Shown: positions 39,863 to 49,792, counted from the stretch's first letter. The stretch is DNA of 64,000 bases from Candidatus Margulisiibacteriota bacterium (GCA_043816785.1 JBDRHP010000020.1:13845-77844); one strand, 5' to 3'. The notes: a model not told the origin generated them from the sequence alone. Program-made: numbers and translations.

Positions 39863-40965
39863 TTCTTATAAAATGCCTTGATAGTGCTGGCCGCTTCTGC
39901 TCGCTCGGCCTCTGTGAGCTCAGGGAAGATCGGCAGGGAGAGGACCTCATCTTGGGCAGCCTCGCTGGCTGGGAAATCGCCCAATTTATGCCCCAGCTGG
40001 GCAAAGGCTTTTTGCAGGTGGAGTGAAAGGGGGTAATAAACCATAGCGCCAACGCCTTTGTCTTTTAAATAGCCAAAGAGTTTGTCGCGATTCTTGACCC
40101 GGATAGTGTATTGGTTGTATACGTGGACTGAGTTGGGTCGCTCAATTGGCAGCGTGATCTCTGGTAGGTCCTTAAGCTCTTGTGCGTAAAATGTGGCATT
40201 TTTCCTTCTCTTATACGAAAAATCGGCTAAATATGGCAGTTTAGCCAGGATAACGGCGGCCTGAAGCGCATCAAGCCGGCTGTTATAACCGATCAGATCA
40301 TAGTGATAGGTCTTTCTGCTGCCATGTCCACGAAGTACTTTAATTTCTTCAGCCACAGCATCATCGTTGGTGGTAATGGCGCCTCCATCTCCGAAACATC
40401 CCAGGTTCTTGGTTGGGAAGAAGGAAAAACAGCCAGCTGTGCCAAGTGACCCAACTTTTTGTCCTTCGCTTTCCGCGCCGATGGCCTGGGCCGCGTCTTC
40501 TATGACCTTTATGCCGTGTTTTTGGCTAATTTGGAGGATTTTTTCCATATTGCTGGCCTGACCGTAAAGGTGGACCGGCAGGATCGCGGTTGTCTTTTTT
40601 GTAAGCTTGGCCTCGATCTGGGCAGGGTCAAGATTAAACGTTTCTGGCTCTATGTCAACAAAAACAGGCGTGGCCCCGCAATAGCTGATGGCTTCGGCAG
40701 TTGCTACAAAAGTAAAGGGAGAGGAAATGACCTCATCGCCTGGTTTAACCCCGCAAGCGCGCAAAGCCAGGTGGAGGGCATCAGTGCCAGAGGCTACGCC
40801 AATGGCATGCTTGGTGCCGCAAAAAGATGCCAGCTCTTTTTCAAAGGCTGCAACAGCTTCTCCTAGAATAAAGTGGCCGGACTTAATAACCTCTGCAACG
40901 GCTTGGTCAAGCTGGTCTTTGACAGCCTGATTTTGTCTGGTGATGTTAAAAAATGGAACTGACAT
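39859..40965 (-). CDS. DegT/DnrJ/EryC1-family PLP-dependent sugar aminotransferase (GnnB/WbpE-like).
   Basis: DegT-family sequence throughout, including GTDALHLAL. Confidence 0.8.
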   Translation of the reverse strand: MSVPFFNITRQNQAVKDQLDQAVAEVIKSGHFILGEAVAAFEKELASFCGTKHAIGVASGTDALHLALRACGVKPGDEVISSPFTFVATAEAISYCGATPVFVDIEPETFNLDPAQIEAKLTKKTTAILPVHLYGQASNMEKILQISQKHGIKVIEDAAQAIGAESEGQKVGSLGTAGCFSFFPTKNLGCFGDGGAITTNDDAVAEEIKVLRGHGSRKTYHYDLIGYNSRLDALQAAVILAKLPYLADFSYKRRKNATFYAQELKDLPEITLPIERPNSVHVYNQYTIRVKNRDKLFGYLKDKGVGAMVYYPLSLHLQKAFAQLGHKLGDFPASEAAQDEVLSLPIFPELTEAERAEAASTIKAFYKK

Positions 40966-41013
40966 AACAAGAAATATTATATCACCTTTTATTAGGACGA
41001 GGAAGCAAAAAAA

Positions 41014-42156
41014 CTAGAGCGAGGCAAACTCAATTATTTTTTTTGCGCAGCGCGAGATAACGCCGGGTGAACCAAGCGTATTTTGCAGTTTTTCAAAAGA
41101 AGCCTTCATTTTTTCCTGGCGTGCGCCATCCCTAAGAATGGCTACTGCTTCTTCCGCGATCCTAGTGGGATTGGCCTCTTCCATAACCAGCTCAGGAATG
41201 ACTTTTTCTTCTAGCAAGAGATTGGGCATGCTGAAGTAGGGCAGTTTTTCGCCGATCTTTAGAACATATTTTCCAAGAAAATAGGTCAAAGGATTTAGTT
41301 TATATACCATAATGTTTGGAGTTCCCAGGATTGAGGCTTCAAGGTTGATTGTTCCAGAAGTGCAGATTGCCAGGTCGGAGGCGGCCAGGATATCATAAGT
41401 ATGGCCCACCACAGCTTTAGGCCGAAAATCTTCGATCAAACCAAAGATCTGTTTGATCGTATCAGTGGAAGCTGCTGGAATTACGAACTTGGCTTCTGGA
41501 ATTGCTTGCTGGATCAGCTTCCCGGCTTTTAACAAGATGGGAAATAACCCTTTGATCTCTTGGGTGCGGCTGCCCGGGCAAATAGAAATAACTGGGCCGG
41601 ACACGTCGCCTAACAATTGCTTTCTGGCCTCATCCCTGGACAAGGTTGGTTTGACAATATCAACCAGCGGGTGGCCGGAATAAGCAACATTAGCGCCGTG
41701 AAGCTTGTAGATCTCGTTCTCTTTTTCAAAAATAGCAATGATCTGGTCGAGTGTGCTGGCGACCTTTTTTACGCCGCGCGGTGTGCCCCAGAGCCATTCT
41801 TGCGGGGCAATATAATAAACTGTTTTAATGCCCAGTTTTTTAGCGGCTTTGGCCAGTGGCATGTTGATCCCCTGTGAGTCAATAAGTAAAAGCAGGTCTG
41901 GCTTTTCTTTTTTCATCAGGGCAACCATTTTTAGGTAGGTCAAATAAATTGGGAGAACATTGGGCAGGGCCTCAAAAATGCCGATCGAGCCGCGCTTGGT
42001 AATATCAAACTTAACGTCAACACCTTCGGCCAGAAGATTTTCGCTGCCCAGGCCAAAGAAGTAGGCGTCTGGCAAAAGCTTTTTCAGCTCGCGGACCAGA
42101 TACTTGCCGTGAGCGTCGCCGGAGACCTCTCCGGCAGAAACCATAATTTTTTTCAT
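41014..42156 (-). CDS. lpxB: Lipid-A-disaccharide synthase.
   Basis: N-terminus MKKIMVSAGEVSGDAHG is LpxB GT19-like. Confidence 0.85.
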   Translation of the reverse strand: MKKIMVSAGEVSGDAHGKYLVRELKKLLPDAYFFGLGSENLLAEGVDVKFDITKRGSIGIFEALPNVLPIYLTYLKMVALMKKEKPDLLLLIDSQGINMPLAKAAKKLGIKTVYYIAPQEWLWGTPRGVKKVASTLDQIIAIFEKENEIYKLHGANVAYSGHPLVDIVKPTLSRDEARKQLLGDVSGPVISICPGSRTQEIKGLFPILLKAGKLIQQAIPEAKFVIPAASTDTIKQIFGLIEDFRPKAVVGHTYDILAASDLAICTSGTINLEASILGTPNIMVYKLNPLTYFLGKYVLKIGEKLPYFSMPNLLLEEKVIPELVMEEANPTRIAEEAVAILRDGARQEKMKASFEKLQNTLGSPGVISRCAKKIIEFASL

Positions 42157-43433
42157 ATACCTAATTCCGGTATTTCCGGAATGATCAGCTCGTCTGCTTC
42201 CGCCTCAATCGCGGTCTTCTTGGAAATGCCGCGCTTGCTTTCTTCTTCCAAGAAATTCACCAGGAGGTCTATTTCCGGCAGGGGCCGCAGCCGTTTTTTT
42301 ATTTCTTCTGCTGCTTTGGCGGTTGTGTTGCCAGACTCATAGATCAGCTTAAACGCCTTTTTTATTTCAGCGGTCGCTTCGTTGCTAACGCCGCGGCGCT
42401 GCAGACCGATTGAGTTCACCCCTCGGACCTGGGAGGGATTACCGTCGACGATCATGAAAGGCGGAATGTCCTTTAAGACTTTGGATTGGGCGCCGACCAT
42501 GGCCAGCCGGCCGATCCTGACAAACTGGTGGATGCCGGCCAGGCCGCCGATAATAGCCTGGTCGTCGATTTCCGCATAGCCGGCCAGGCCAACATAGCCG
42601 CCAACCACAACCTGATTGCCGATCTTGCAATTATGCGGGATGTGGGCATGGACCATGATAAAGTTTTCATTGCCAATAATGGTCGCGTTGTTTTCGCCCG
42701 AGGGGAGATGGATGGTGACAAACTCGCGGATCAGGTTTTTGTCACCAATAATTACCTGGCCTTTTTCTCCCTTATATTTGATGTCCTGAGGTGGCGCGGC
42801 AATGGAAACGCCTTGGTTGATGACATTGTCTTTGCCAATAGTTGTCCAGCGGTTAATGTTGCAGTATGGGCCGATCTTGGTGCCTTGACCGATCTGGACC
42901 TCCGGGCCGATAATCGTATACGCGCCAATCTCAACGCCTTTGGCCAATTCAGCTGAGGGATGAACAACTGCTGTTGGATGGATCTTGGCTCCGCCAGCGC
43001 CGTGGTCAACCAGCGAGAAAGTAAAATCGCCTTCACAAGCCAGTTCCCCGTCAACCAGGGCCTTGCCGTGCATCTTGCCCAAATTGCCTCTAACCCAGAT
43101 GGTTTCAACCTCAAAGCGCAATTGGTCGCCAGGCACCACTGGTCGTCGGAACCTCACATTGTCAATGCCAGCGAAATAAACGATCTTGCCTTCGCTGCCT
43201 GCGGAACGCAGGGCCATGATTACACCGGTTTGGGCGATTGCTTCACAGATCAGAACTCCCGGCATGATCGGCAGGCTCGGGAAATGCCCCTGAAAAAAAG
43301 GCTCATTTATGGTCACGTTCTTTATGGCGACAGCCCGCTTGCCGTCTTCCAGCTCGATCACTCGGTCAATCATAATAAAGGGATAGCGATGCGGGAGCAC
43401 TTTCATTATTTCGTTGATGTCCATCACTGTCAT
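42153..43433 (-). CDS. Fusion protein: 3-hydroxyacyl-ACP dehydratase FabZ (N-terminal) joined to UDP-GlcNAc acyltransferase LpxA (C-terminal).
   Basis: One continuous 426-aa ORF. Residues 1-145 form a hot-dog fold (HFPSLPIMPGVL), and the remainder holds LpxA hexapeptide repeats and the C-terminal helical domain. Confidence 0.75.
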   Translation of the reverse strand: MTVMDINEIMKVLPHRYPFIMIDRVIELEDGKRAVAIKNVTINEPFFQGHFPSLPIMPGVLICEAIAQTGVIMALRSAGSEGKIVYFAGIDNVRFRRPVVPGDQLRFEVETIWVRGNLGKMHGKALVDGELACEGDFTFSLVDHGAGGAKIHPTAVVHPSAELAKGVEIGAYTIIGPEVQIGQGTKIGPYCNINRWTTIGKDNVINQGVSIAAPPQDIKYKGEKGQVIIGDKNLIREFVTIHLPSGENNATIIGNENFIMVHAHIPHNCKIGNQVVVGGYVGLAGYAEIDDQAIIGGLAGIHQFVRIGRLAMVGAQSKVLKDIPPFMIVDGNPSQVRGVNSIGLQRRGVSNEATAEIKKAFKLIYESGNTTAKAAEEIKKRLRPLPEIDLLVNFLEEESKRGISKKTAIEAEADELIIPEIPELGI

Positions 43434-44218
43434 TTCTGCGTTAGCCTCCTCACTAGTTCAATATTCAACTGGTGGCCCGATTTATTTGCCTTGATCCAGG
43501 CTTTGAGCGGTTGACCCAGCAGAGCCAGATCACCGATCAGATCCAGGATCTTGTGCCTGACGAGCTCGTCAGGGAAACGGGGTGGGTTGAGATAGCCATC
43601 TTTGCCCAGCACCAGAGCATTGTCAAAGCTTGCTCCGCGTGCCAGCCCCTGCTCCTTAAGCAACTCGTACTCTTCGATGTAACCAAAAGTGCGGGCCGGC
43701 GCGATCCTCTTTTTAAAAGCCTCGTTTTCCAACTCAAAGGAGCAGTGTTGCTCGCCAATACCTGGAAAGTCTACCATAAAATCGACCTTAAATCCATTGT
43801 AGGGCAAGGCTTCCAGCGCAGCTTCCCCGGCGGTTAAGCGGAGGGGTTGTTGCACGGTCAGGTGATTTTTATTTAGAGTTTGTTCAGCTATGCCGGCTTT
43901 CTCCAAGGCTTCGACAAAGGGCAGGGCGCTGCCGTCCATGGCTGGGAGCTCGCCACCCTTAATTTCAATTTCTAGATTATCGATGCCTAGGGCAAAAATA
44001 GCGGCCAAAAGATGCTCGGTTACCGCAATGCCGTCTAGGGAGGTGCCTCGCTTGGTTTCTTTTACCTGGTTAACTTTGGCCGGGATCTTTCGTCCTGCCT
44101 TGATAAATATTATGCCGCTGTTGGGAGCGGCGGGTGAGACCTGCAGAGAAGTTTGCTCGCCGGTATGCAGGCCAATTCCAGCGAGCTTAAACGGAGATTT
44201 GATAGTTTTTTGTTTCAA
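43430..44218 (-). CDS. lpxC: UDP-3-O-acyl-N-acetylglucosamine deacetylase.
   Basis: LpxC N-terminus KTIKSPFKLAGIGLHTG; this is a short form of about 262 aa. Confidence 0.85.
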   Translation of the reverse strand: MKQKTIKSPFKLAGIGLHTGEQTSLQVSPAAPNSGIIFIKAGRKIPAKVNQVKETKRGTSLDGIAVTEHLLAAIFALGIDNLEIEIKGGELPAMDGSALPFVEALEKAGIAEQTLNKNHLTVQQPLRLTAGEAALEALPYNGFKVDFMVDFPGIGEQHCSFELENEAFKKRIAPARTFGYIEEYELLKEQGLARGASFDNALVLGKDGYLNPPRFPDELVRHKILDLIGDLALLGQPLKAWIKANKSGHQLNIELVRRLTQK

Positions 44219-45546
44219 CCCTCTCCTGGCCTCCTGATCGGGACATTATCTTTGTCGCCGTACAGTTTGTACGAGCTTGTGATTTCTTCTTCAGAGATCT
44301 TTTGGCCATCCTTGTCGTAGACTGTGCGCATAACAGAGGTTTTAAAGGGGATATCAAGAGCAATTACTTTCTTCAAAGAAACTGGCTCGTATTCCCCGCC
44401 CCGGGTTTTACTCAGAATTTCTAATTTGCTGAACGTGACTTTTTTGCCCGTGGGTGTACCGTAAATCCTGAAGGAAAGCTTCTTGTTATTAGCCACTGCC
44501 TTGATCAAAATAGGATATTTTGTGTTGTTTTCAAACTTAAAGTCAAGCTGGCCTGGATAAACAGCCGCGTCCCGGCCCAGGGGATAAATATTAAAATAGA
44601 AAGAATGGTTTCTCCGCTGCAAGACCTTAAGATCGGCCAGCGAAGCCGCATTAAATAAAGTGGTGGCTATTTGACAGGCGCCGCCGCCCAGAGTAGGCAC
44701 TAATTCGCCACCGAGAATAACCAGGGCTTCTTTAAAACCCCGCTCCTCTGTAACCTCGCCCAGAGTATCGGCCACCGAGAGAATATCTCCCGGCATCATC
44801 AGCGTGCCGTCGAGCCAAGAAGCGACTAATTTTATATTATGAATACGATTGGGATTATCGTGTGAACCATAATAGGTGGTGTAAGCGGACAGCTGGTAAG
44901 CAGGCGGATGTTCTCTCAGCTCTTTTTCTGTGACCTTAGGACGGGAATAATCAATCACCAAGGGAATAACCTTTTCGCCGTTATACAGCCGAACCTTAAA
45001 CCTGACAATGCTTCTTTTGAGGTTCAATGTTCTGCCGGGGTCATCCGACTTAATGTTGAAACCGCCGGTTTTTTCGTAATAGGTTATGGCGGCGTCTTTG
45101 GGGGTTGAACGGATTTCTTCCGCTAACGCCTCAAGGATCGCTATGAGCTGGTCATCATCAATGCCAAGGATCAGCGGGCTGTTGATCTGGCCATCACTGA
45201 TCCGGGACCTAAGCTGTTCAAAATAGTTGCCCTTGTGAGTTAAAGCAAAAGCCTTGTCCACGGTCTCAGAATAAAGAATGAAGACGCCAAGCTTGTCAGG
45301 CGGGAAAGAGAATTTTTTTTGGTCAGTCTCCAGGGTTATGAAGGGCGCAAAAATCTTATCCAGGGATTGTTTTTTAAGTTTATTTATAGCCTGCTCTTGG
45401 CTGAGCAGTGAAACCTCAACGCCGGAAATGCGGGTGCCGGGCGGAAAGGCATCTCGTGTCCGGAGATAATCATAGGTAACGAGCGAGGTGGCTGCCAGCA
45501 GCAGGCCGACGGCAAAAACCCAGAGTATTTTGAGCATCGTCCTCAT
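44215..45546 (-). CDS. VanW-family protein; first gene of the lipid A operon.
   Basis: N-terminal TM segment and a VanW domain containing GGGACQIATTLFNAA. Confidence 0.65.
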   Translation of the reverse strand: MRTMLKILWVFAVGLLLAATSLVTYDYLRTRDAFPPGTRISGVEVSLLSQEQAINKLKKQSLDKIFAPFITLETDQKKFSFPPDKLGVFILYSETVDKAFALTHKGNYFEQLRSRISDGQINSPLILGIDDDQLIAILEALAEEIRSTPKDAAITYYEKTGGFNIKSDDPGRTLNLKRSIVRFKVRLYNGEKVIPLVIDYSRPKVTEKELREHPPAYQLSAYTTYYGSHDNPNRIHNIKLVASWLDGTLMMPGDILSVADTLGEVTEERGFKEALVILGGELVPTLGGGACQIATTLFNAASLADLKVLQRRNHSFYFNIYPLGRDAAVYPGQLDFKFENNTKYPILIKAVANNKKLSFRIYGTPTGKKVTFSKLEILSKTRGGEYEPVSLKKVIALDIPFKTSVMRTVYDKDGQKISEEEITSSYKLYGDKDNVPIRRPGEG

Positions 45547-45564
45547 AGGATTTAATTATATAAC

Positions 45565-45594
45565 AAAGAAGTCCCGAATGCTCGGGACTTCTTG
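45565..45594 (-). terminator. Rho-independent terminator downstream of tuf.
   Basis: Inverted repeat AAGAAGTCCCGA/TCGGGACTTCTT with a 4-nt loop, followed on the minus strand by TGTTATATAATT. Confidence 0.6.
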
Positions 45595-45618
45595 TAAATA
45601 CAGCTAAAAGAGAATTAA

Positions 45619-46818
45619 TTACTCGGTGATTTTAGAGACGGCTCCGGCGCCGACGGTCCGGCCGCCTTCGCGGATAGCGAAGCGCAGGCCTTCCTCGATC
45701 GCCACGTCGGCGATCAGTTCAACGCCCATATTGATGTTGTCGCCTGGCATGACCATTTCTACTTTATCCGGCAGCTTGATCTCGCCAGTCACGTCAGTGG
45801 TCCGGATAAAGAACTGCGGTTTGTAGCCAGGGAAGAACGGCGTGTGTCGGCCGCCTTCTTCTTTGGTCAAAACGTAAACCTGGGCTTCGAACTTTTTGTG
45901 AGGTTTAATTGAGCCGGGTTTGGCCAAAACCTGACCGCGCGTCAATTCCTCTTTTTCCACTCCGCGCAGCAGTAAACCGACGTTGTCTCCGGCCTGTCCC
46001 TCGTCCAGGGTTTTGCGGAACATTTCTACGCCGGTAACAATCGCCTTCTTGTGGGCGCCCAGGCCAATCAGCTCGACTTCTTCACCGGTTTTGACAACGC
46101 CGCGCTCAATTCGGCCCGTGCCGACCGTGCCGCGACCGGTGATGGTGAAAACGTCTTCAACTGACATTAGGAATGGCTTGTCTAAAGGCCTTTGCGGGGT
46201 GGGGATGAAGTTGTCAACCGCGTCCAGCAATTCCTGAATGCACTTGCAATTTGGGCAGTCGGCTTTGCCGCAGCCGCATTCCATGGCCTTAAGGGCTGAG
46301 CCCTTGATGATCGGGATGGTATCGCCCGGGTAGTCATATTTATTGAGCAGGTCACGGGTCTCAACCTCAACCAGCTCAACCAGCTCTTTATCATCAACCA
46401 TGTCGACCTTGTTCAAAAACACGACCATCGCTGGCACGTTAACCTGTCTCGCCAGTAGAATGTGTTCGCGGGTCTGGGGCATTGGGCCGTCAGCCGCGGA
46501 AACGACCAGGATCGCGCCGTCCATCTGGGCTGCGCCGATAACCATGTTCTTAACGTAATCAGCGTGGCCTGGACAATCGATGTGGGCATAGTGTCTCTTA
46601 TCGGTTTCGTATTCAACGTGGGCGATAGCGATAGTAATGCCGCGCGCTTTTTCTTCCGGTGCCGCGTCGATCTCATCAAAGGCCTTAGCTTTGGCCTGAC
46701 CTTTTCCTGCCAGATATTTGGTGATCGCTGATGTTAAGGTAGTTTTTCCGTGGTCAACGTGTCCGATCGTTCCTACGTTTACGTGTGGTTTCTTTCTCTC
46801 AAATTTTTCCCTTGCCAT
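45619..46818 (-). CDS. tuf: Elongation factor Tu carrying a Cys-rich insert.
   Basis: [11 protein letters not shown] and full EF-Tu domains; an unusual [13 protein letters not shown] stretch falls at about residues 181-193. Confidence 0.95.
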   Translation of the reverse strand: MAREKFERKKPHVNVGTIGHVDHGKTTLTSAITKYLAGKGQAKAKAFDEIDAAPEEKARGITIAIAHVEYETDKRHYAHIDCPGHADYVKNMVIGAAQMDGAILVVSAADGPMPQTREHILLARQVNVPAMVVFLNKVDMVDDKELVELVEVETRDLLNKYDYPGDTIPIIKGSALKAMECGCGKADCPNCKCIQELLDAVDNFIPTPQRPLDKPFLMSVEDVFTITGRGTVGTGRIERGVVKTGEEVELIGLGAHKKAIVTGVEMFRKTLDEGQAGDNVGLLLRGVEKEELTRGQVLAKPGSIKPHKKFEAQVYVLTKEEGGRHTPFFPGYKPQFFIRTTDVTGEIKLPDKVEMVMPGDNINMGVELIADVAIEEGLRFAIREGGRTVGAGAVSKITE

Positions 46819-46910
46819 ATTTATTACCTCCTGAAAATTTTCCTTTCCGACCGTTTAATTTAGCGGAGTGTATATTATACAGTCCGAAAGCTATATTTGT
46901 CAACTGGATA

Positions 46911-46983
46911 AGCCCGCGGCCGGAATTGAACCGGCGACCTCATCCTTACCATGGATGCGCTCTACCAACTGAGCTACACGGGC
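46911..46983 (-). tRNA. tRNA-Thr (anticodon GGT).
   Basis: Hand-folded cloverleaf: acceptor stem GCCCGTG/CGCGGGC; D-arm GCTC..GAGC; anticodon stem CATCC/GGATG with loop ATGGTAA (anticodon GGT); T-arm GCCGG-TTCAATT-CCGGC. It lies upstream of tuf, like thrT-tufB in E. coli. Confidence 0.85.
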
Positions 46984-46984
46984 T

Positions 46985-47030
46985 GGTCAGAATATCAGTA
47001 TATCAGAAGACCAGAGTATCAGACAAGAGT
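46985..47030. repeat. Cluster of three TATCAGA direct repeats in the divergent promoter region.
   Basis: gtcagaaTATCAGtaTATCAGAagaccagagTATCAGAcaag. Confidence 0.5.
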
Positions 47031-47115
47031 TTTTTAATGAAATTTATTGAAAAAAGTGACTCTATATATACTAGAGCGCGTTTAAGAAGATCGACATTGA
47101 TCGAAGGAGGAAAAA

Positions 47116-47514
47116 ATGACTGGAGTTTTTGCAAGAATGAGCGCCCTAATGATCCAAGCAGGTCCGCAAGAGAAAGCCCTTGTTCGCCGACCCCAACAAC
47201 GCCCTGTTCCCCAACAAGATCGGGCTGCCCAATTTTTAAACGTTGTCAGGGAGCGAGCGAGGCAGATGCGAAAGGCCTCCTTTCTTGAGATGGTCCCGGA
47301 ACAATACCGGCAGGCTGTCATCCACATGGCGGATGCCGCTTTCGATGAAAGAGGTCTTACTGGGGATCGGGCTGATTTTAGGGAAGAAATGGCTTTATGC
47401 TGGTTGGCTCAAAGAGAAGCATTTGACACAATGAGCCGTGAAGCTGGTTTTAGGCAGGTCAATTATGTTTCCGTGTCTCAAGCAGAGGGGCTTCTCGGCC
47501 TTACTATGACATGA
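47116..47514 (+). CDS. Hypothetical protein of 132 aa, relatively GC-rich.
   Basis: Strong GAAGGAGG RBS 7 nt upstream of the ATG; no recognisable domain. Confidence 0.5.
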   Translation: MTGVFARMSALMIQAGPQEKALVRRPQQRPVPQQDRAAQFLNVVRERARQMRKASFLEMVPEQYRQAVIHMADAAFDERGLTGDRADFREEMALCWLAQREAFDTMSREAGFRQVNYVSVSQAEGLLGLTMT

Positions 47515-47593
47515 GAAGGACCTTGAATACGATTGGACAGACAATGTTTGTTCATGCGGAAGCTCCACGCAAGGGAAACCGCCTGCCTGAAGA

Positions 47594-48106
47594 CTAAATA
47601 AAATCGCTCTTTTTGAGGATTGGATCAAAATCGTAATTTTTTAAGGCCTCAGCTGCGCCTTCATTGCGATCAACCACAGAGATCACTTTAACGACCTTTG
47701 CGCCAGCTGCTTCTGCCGCCTCGATCGCTTGCTTGGCTGAAGCTCCGGTTGTGGCCACATCCTCAACAATCACGACATTCCACCCTTTTTGAATTATCCC
47801 TTCGATCTTTTGCTGAGTGCCGTGCTCCTTGGCTTTTTTTCTGACGATGAAGCCGGGGATATCGCTTAGGGTTACGACAGCTGCGGTAATTGGATCAGCG
47901 CCGAGGGTTAGGCCGCCGATGGCATCGACTTTTAAGCCTTTGATCTTATCAAGAATGATCTTGCCGATCAGTTTAGCGCCTTTAGGATGAAGCGTCACCC
48001 TGCGGCAATCAACATAAAAGTTGCTTTTCTTGCCTGAGGAAAGAGTAAATTCCCCGGTTTTCACCGCGCCTGTGTCTTTTAATAATTTTTTAAGCTCTTC
48101 GATCAT
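47594..48106 (-). CDS. pyrE: Orotate phosphoribosyltransferase.
   Basis: PRTase motif VVIVEDVATTGAS. Confidence 0.85.
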   Translation of the reverse strand: MIEELKKLLKDTGAVKTGEFTLSSGKKSNFYVDCRRVTLHPKGAKLIGKIILDKIKGLKVDAIGGLTLGADPITAAVVTLSDIPGFIVRKKAKEHGTQQKIEGIIQKGWNVVIVEDVATTGASAKQAIEAAEAAGAKVVKVISVVDRNEGAAEALKNYDFDPILKKSDFI

Positions 48107-48906
48107 GCTTTTCCAGAGAACTTTTCAAAGGCGCGCAGGACCTCCAACGGCATGGCGAAAATGACAGTATTGGACTGGTCTGAGCTCAAGTCGTTGATCG
48201 ATTGAAGAGTGCGCAGATGCAGTGCGCCGGGAGACCCGGATAGAATATGGGCGGCTTTGGCCATATTGTCTGCGGCAATGACCTCGCCTTCAGCTTTGAT
48301 AATAACTGCGCGTTTTTCTCTTTCAGCTTCCGCTTGCTTAGCCATGGTTCGCTTCATTTCTTCCGGCAGCACAACGTCTTTTAAAGAGACATCAACAACT
48401 TTGATGCCCCAGGGATCAGAAGCCTGATCAATAATCTCTTGGAGCTTGTTGGCCAGCGTTTCTCTCTGGGTCAAGAGATCATCAAGCGAAACCTCGCCGA
48501 CAATATTGCGCATGGTGGTTTGGGCCAGCTGAGACATGGCGTAGTAGAAATTTTCAACTTCGAGCACTGCTTTTTCCGCAGAGGCTACTTTATAATAAAT
48601 AACAGCGTTGATCCGGACCGAGATGTTGTCGCGGGTCATGGCTTCCTGGTCCGGCACGTCAACCGCTTTGACGCGGATATCAACTCGGGCGTAACCTTCT
48701 ATAACCGGAATAATGATCTGCCAGCCGGGGTTCATAATGCCGACAAATTTCCCAAAGCGGAACTTGAGGCCTCTTTCATATTGGTTGATCTGCTTAATGG
48801 ATAGGAACAAAAAGACAATAATAAAGGGGAGCAGAGAAATAATTGAAAACATGGGCGTACCTCCTGAATTTGAGCTAATTTTACCACAAAAAAAGAGCTC
48901 CTTCAA
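48103..48906 (-). CDS. SPFH/band-7 (stomatin-like) membrane protein.
   Basis: N-terminal TM segment and an SPFH domain (YERGLKFRFGKF...). Confidence 0.8.
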   Translation of the reverse strand: MKELFFCGKISSNSGGTPMFSIISLLPFIIVFLFLSIKQINQYERGLKFRFGKFVGIMNPGWQIIIPVIEGYARVDIRVKAVDVPDQEAMTRDNISVRINAVIYYKVASAEKAVLEVENFYYAMSQLAQTTMRNIVGEVSLDDLLTQRETLANKLQEIIDQASDPWGIKVVDVSLKDVVLPEEMKRTMAKQAEAEREKRAVIIKAEGEVIAADNMAKAAHILSGSPGALHLRTLQSINDLSSDQSNTVIFAMPLEVLRAFEKFSGKA

Positions 48907-48945
48907 CGCGGACGCGTAAAGGAGCCCTCAATAACCGGTTATTGA

Positions 48946-49185
48946 TTAAAGTTTATCTTTGATTCTCTGAACTGCCCAACCCGTGGCCATGAAACCGAAG
49001 AGCAGGCTGTAAATTCCTGCGATTATGCCATAGATGCCTGACAGGGTGTTGCCAAGTAGGCCGACGATCAAGCCCAAAAGAGCAACTGCGATGCCGTTAG
49101 CGACCATAAGCAGGAAGCTCCTCCAGAAAACTGACCATCCCAGGCTCAGAGACTTAGTTGTAAAAATCTGCTTTAAAATATCCAT
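48946..49185 (-). CDS. Small two-TM membrane protein.
   Basis: 79 aa, hydrophobic, Gly-rich helices. Confidence 0.4.
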   Translation of the reverse strand: MDILKQIFTTKSLSLGWSVFWRSFLLMVANGIAVALLGLIVGLLGNTLSGIYGIIAGIYSLLFGFMATGWAVQRIKDKL

Positions 49186-49229
49186 TAAATATTTTCACCT
49201 CCCTTTTTTGTTGAATTTAAGCTGTTTGC

Positions 49230-49415
49230 TTAGTCTGCGACCAGGGCAAAAGTGATGAGGCCGGCCAGGATTAAGGCGAAGCCAATGCCGCCCCGAATTA
49301 ACACCAGGAGGTCTGCCCACCAGAGATAGATGGCCCAGGCGCCCAGGCCGATCAAAGCGAGGCCAATAAGAACCTTGATGATCTTTCCGACCATAAAAAA
49401 ATCCTCCCTTTCCAA
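49230..49415 (-). CDS. Small two-TM membrane protein.
   Basis: About 55-61 aa and hydrophobic; the start may be the internal MVGK. Confidence 0.35.
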   Translation of the reverse strand: MEREDFFMVGKIIKVLIGLALIGLGAWAIYLWWADLLVLIRGGIGFALILAGLITFALVAD

Positions 49416-49462
49416 TAGGTTGGGAGGATTATAGCAAGCCAGCTAGGGGCGTGCAAGCAGTA

Positions 49463-49792
49463 TTATTCTTTTAAGAGCGTGGCAACCTCAGAAGCCTCTT
49501 CTTGCCGCTGGGAGCGGATATCTGACACAGGGATGTGGGTCCAGCCAACAAAGGTGTAGCTGAACGGGCCAACGCCATAGGAGATCTTTACTTTATACCA
49601 GTTGCCGTCCTCGGAAATGTCCAACAGGACAACCTCAACCGGGATTTCATAGATCTGATTTGAGCCATCAAGCGGGGCTGAATAGAGCTTTTTGACCGGG
49701 ATGTTCAGATTATCCTCACTGGCTGTAGCCAGGGCCGCCAGGCCAGCTAAGAAAACTAATAGTAATAAAGAAACGGTAATCCATTTTTTCAT
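49463..49792 (-). CDS. Small secreted hypothetical protein.
   Basis: Signal peptide MKKWITVSLLLLVFLAGLAALATA. Confidence 0.5.
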   Translation of the reverse strand: MKKWITVSLLLLVFLAGLAALATASEDNLNIPVKKLYSAPLDGSNQIYEIPVEVVLLDISEDGNWYKVKISYGVGPFSYTFVGWTHIPVSDIRSQRQEEASEVATLLKE

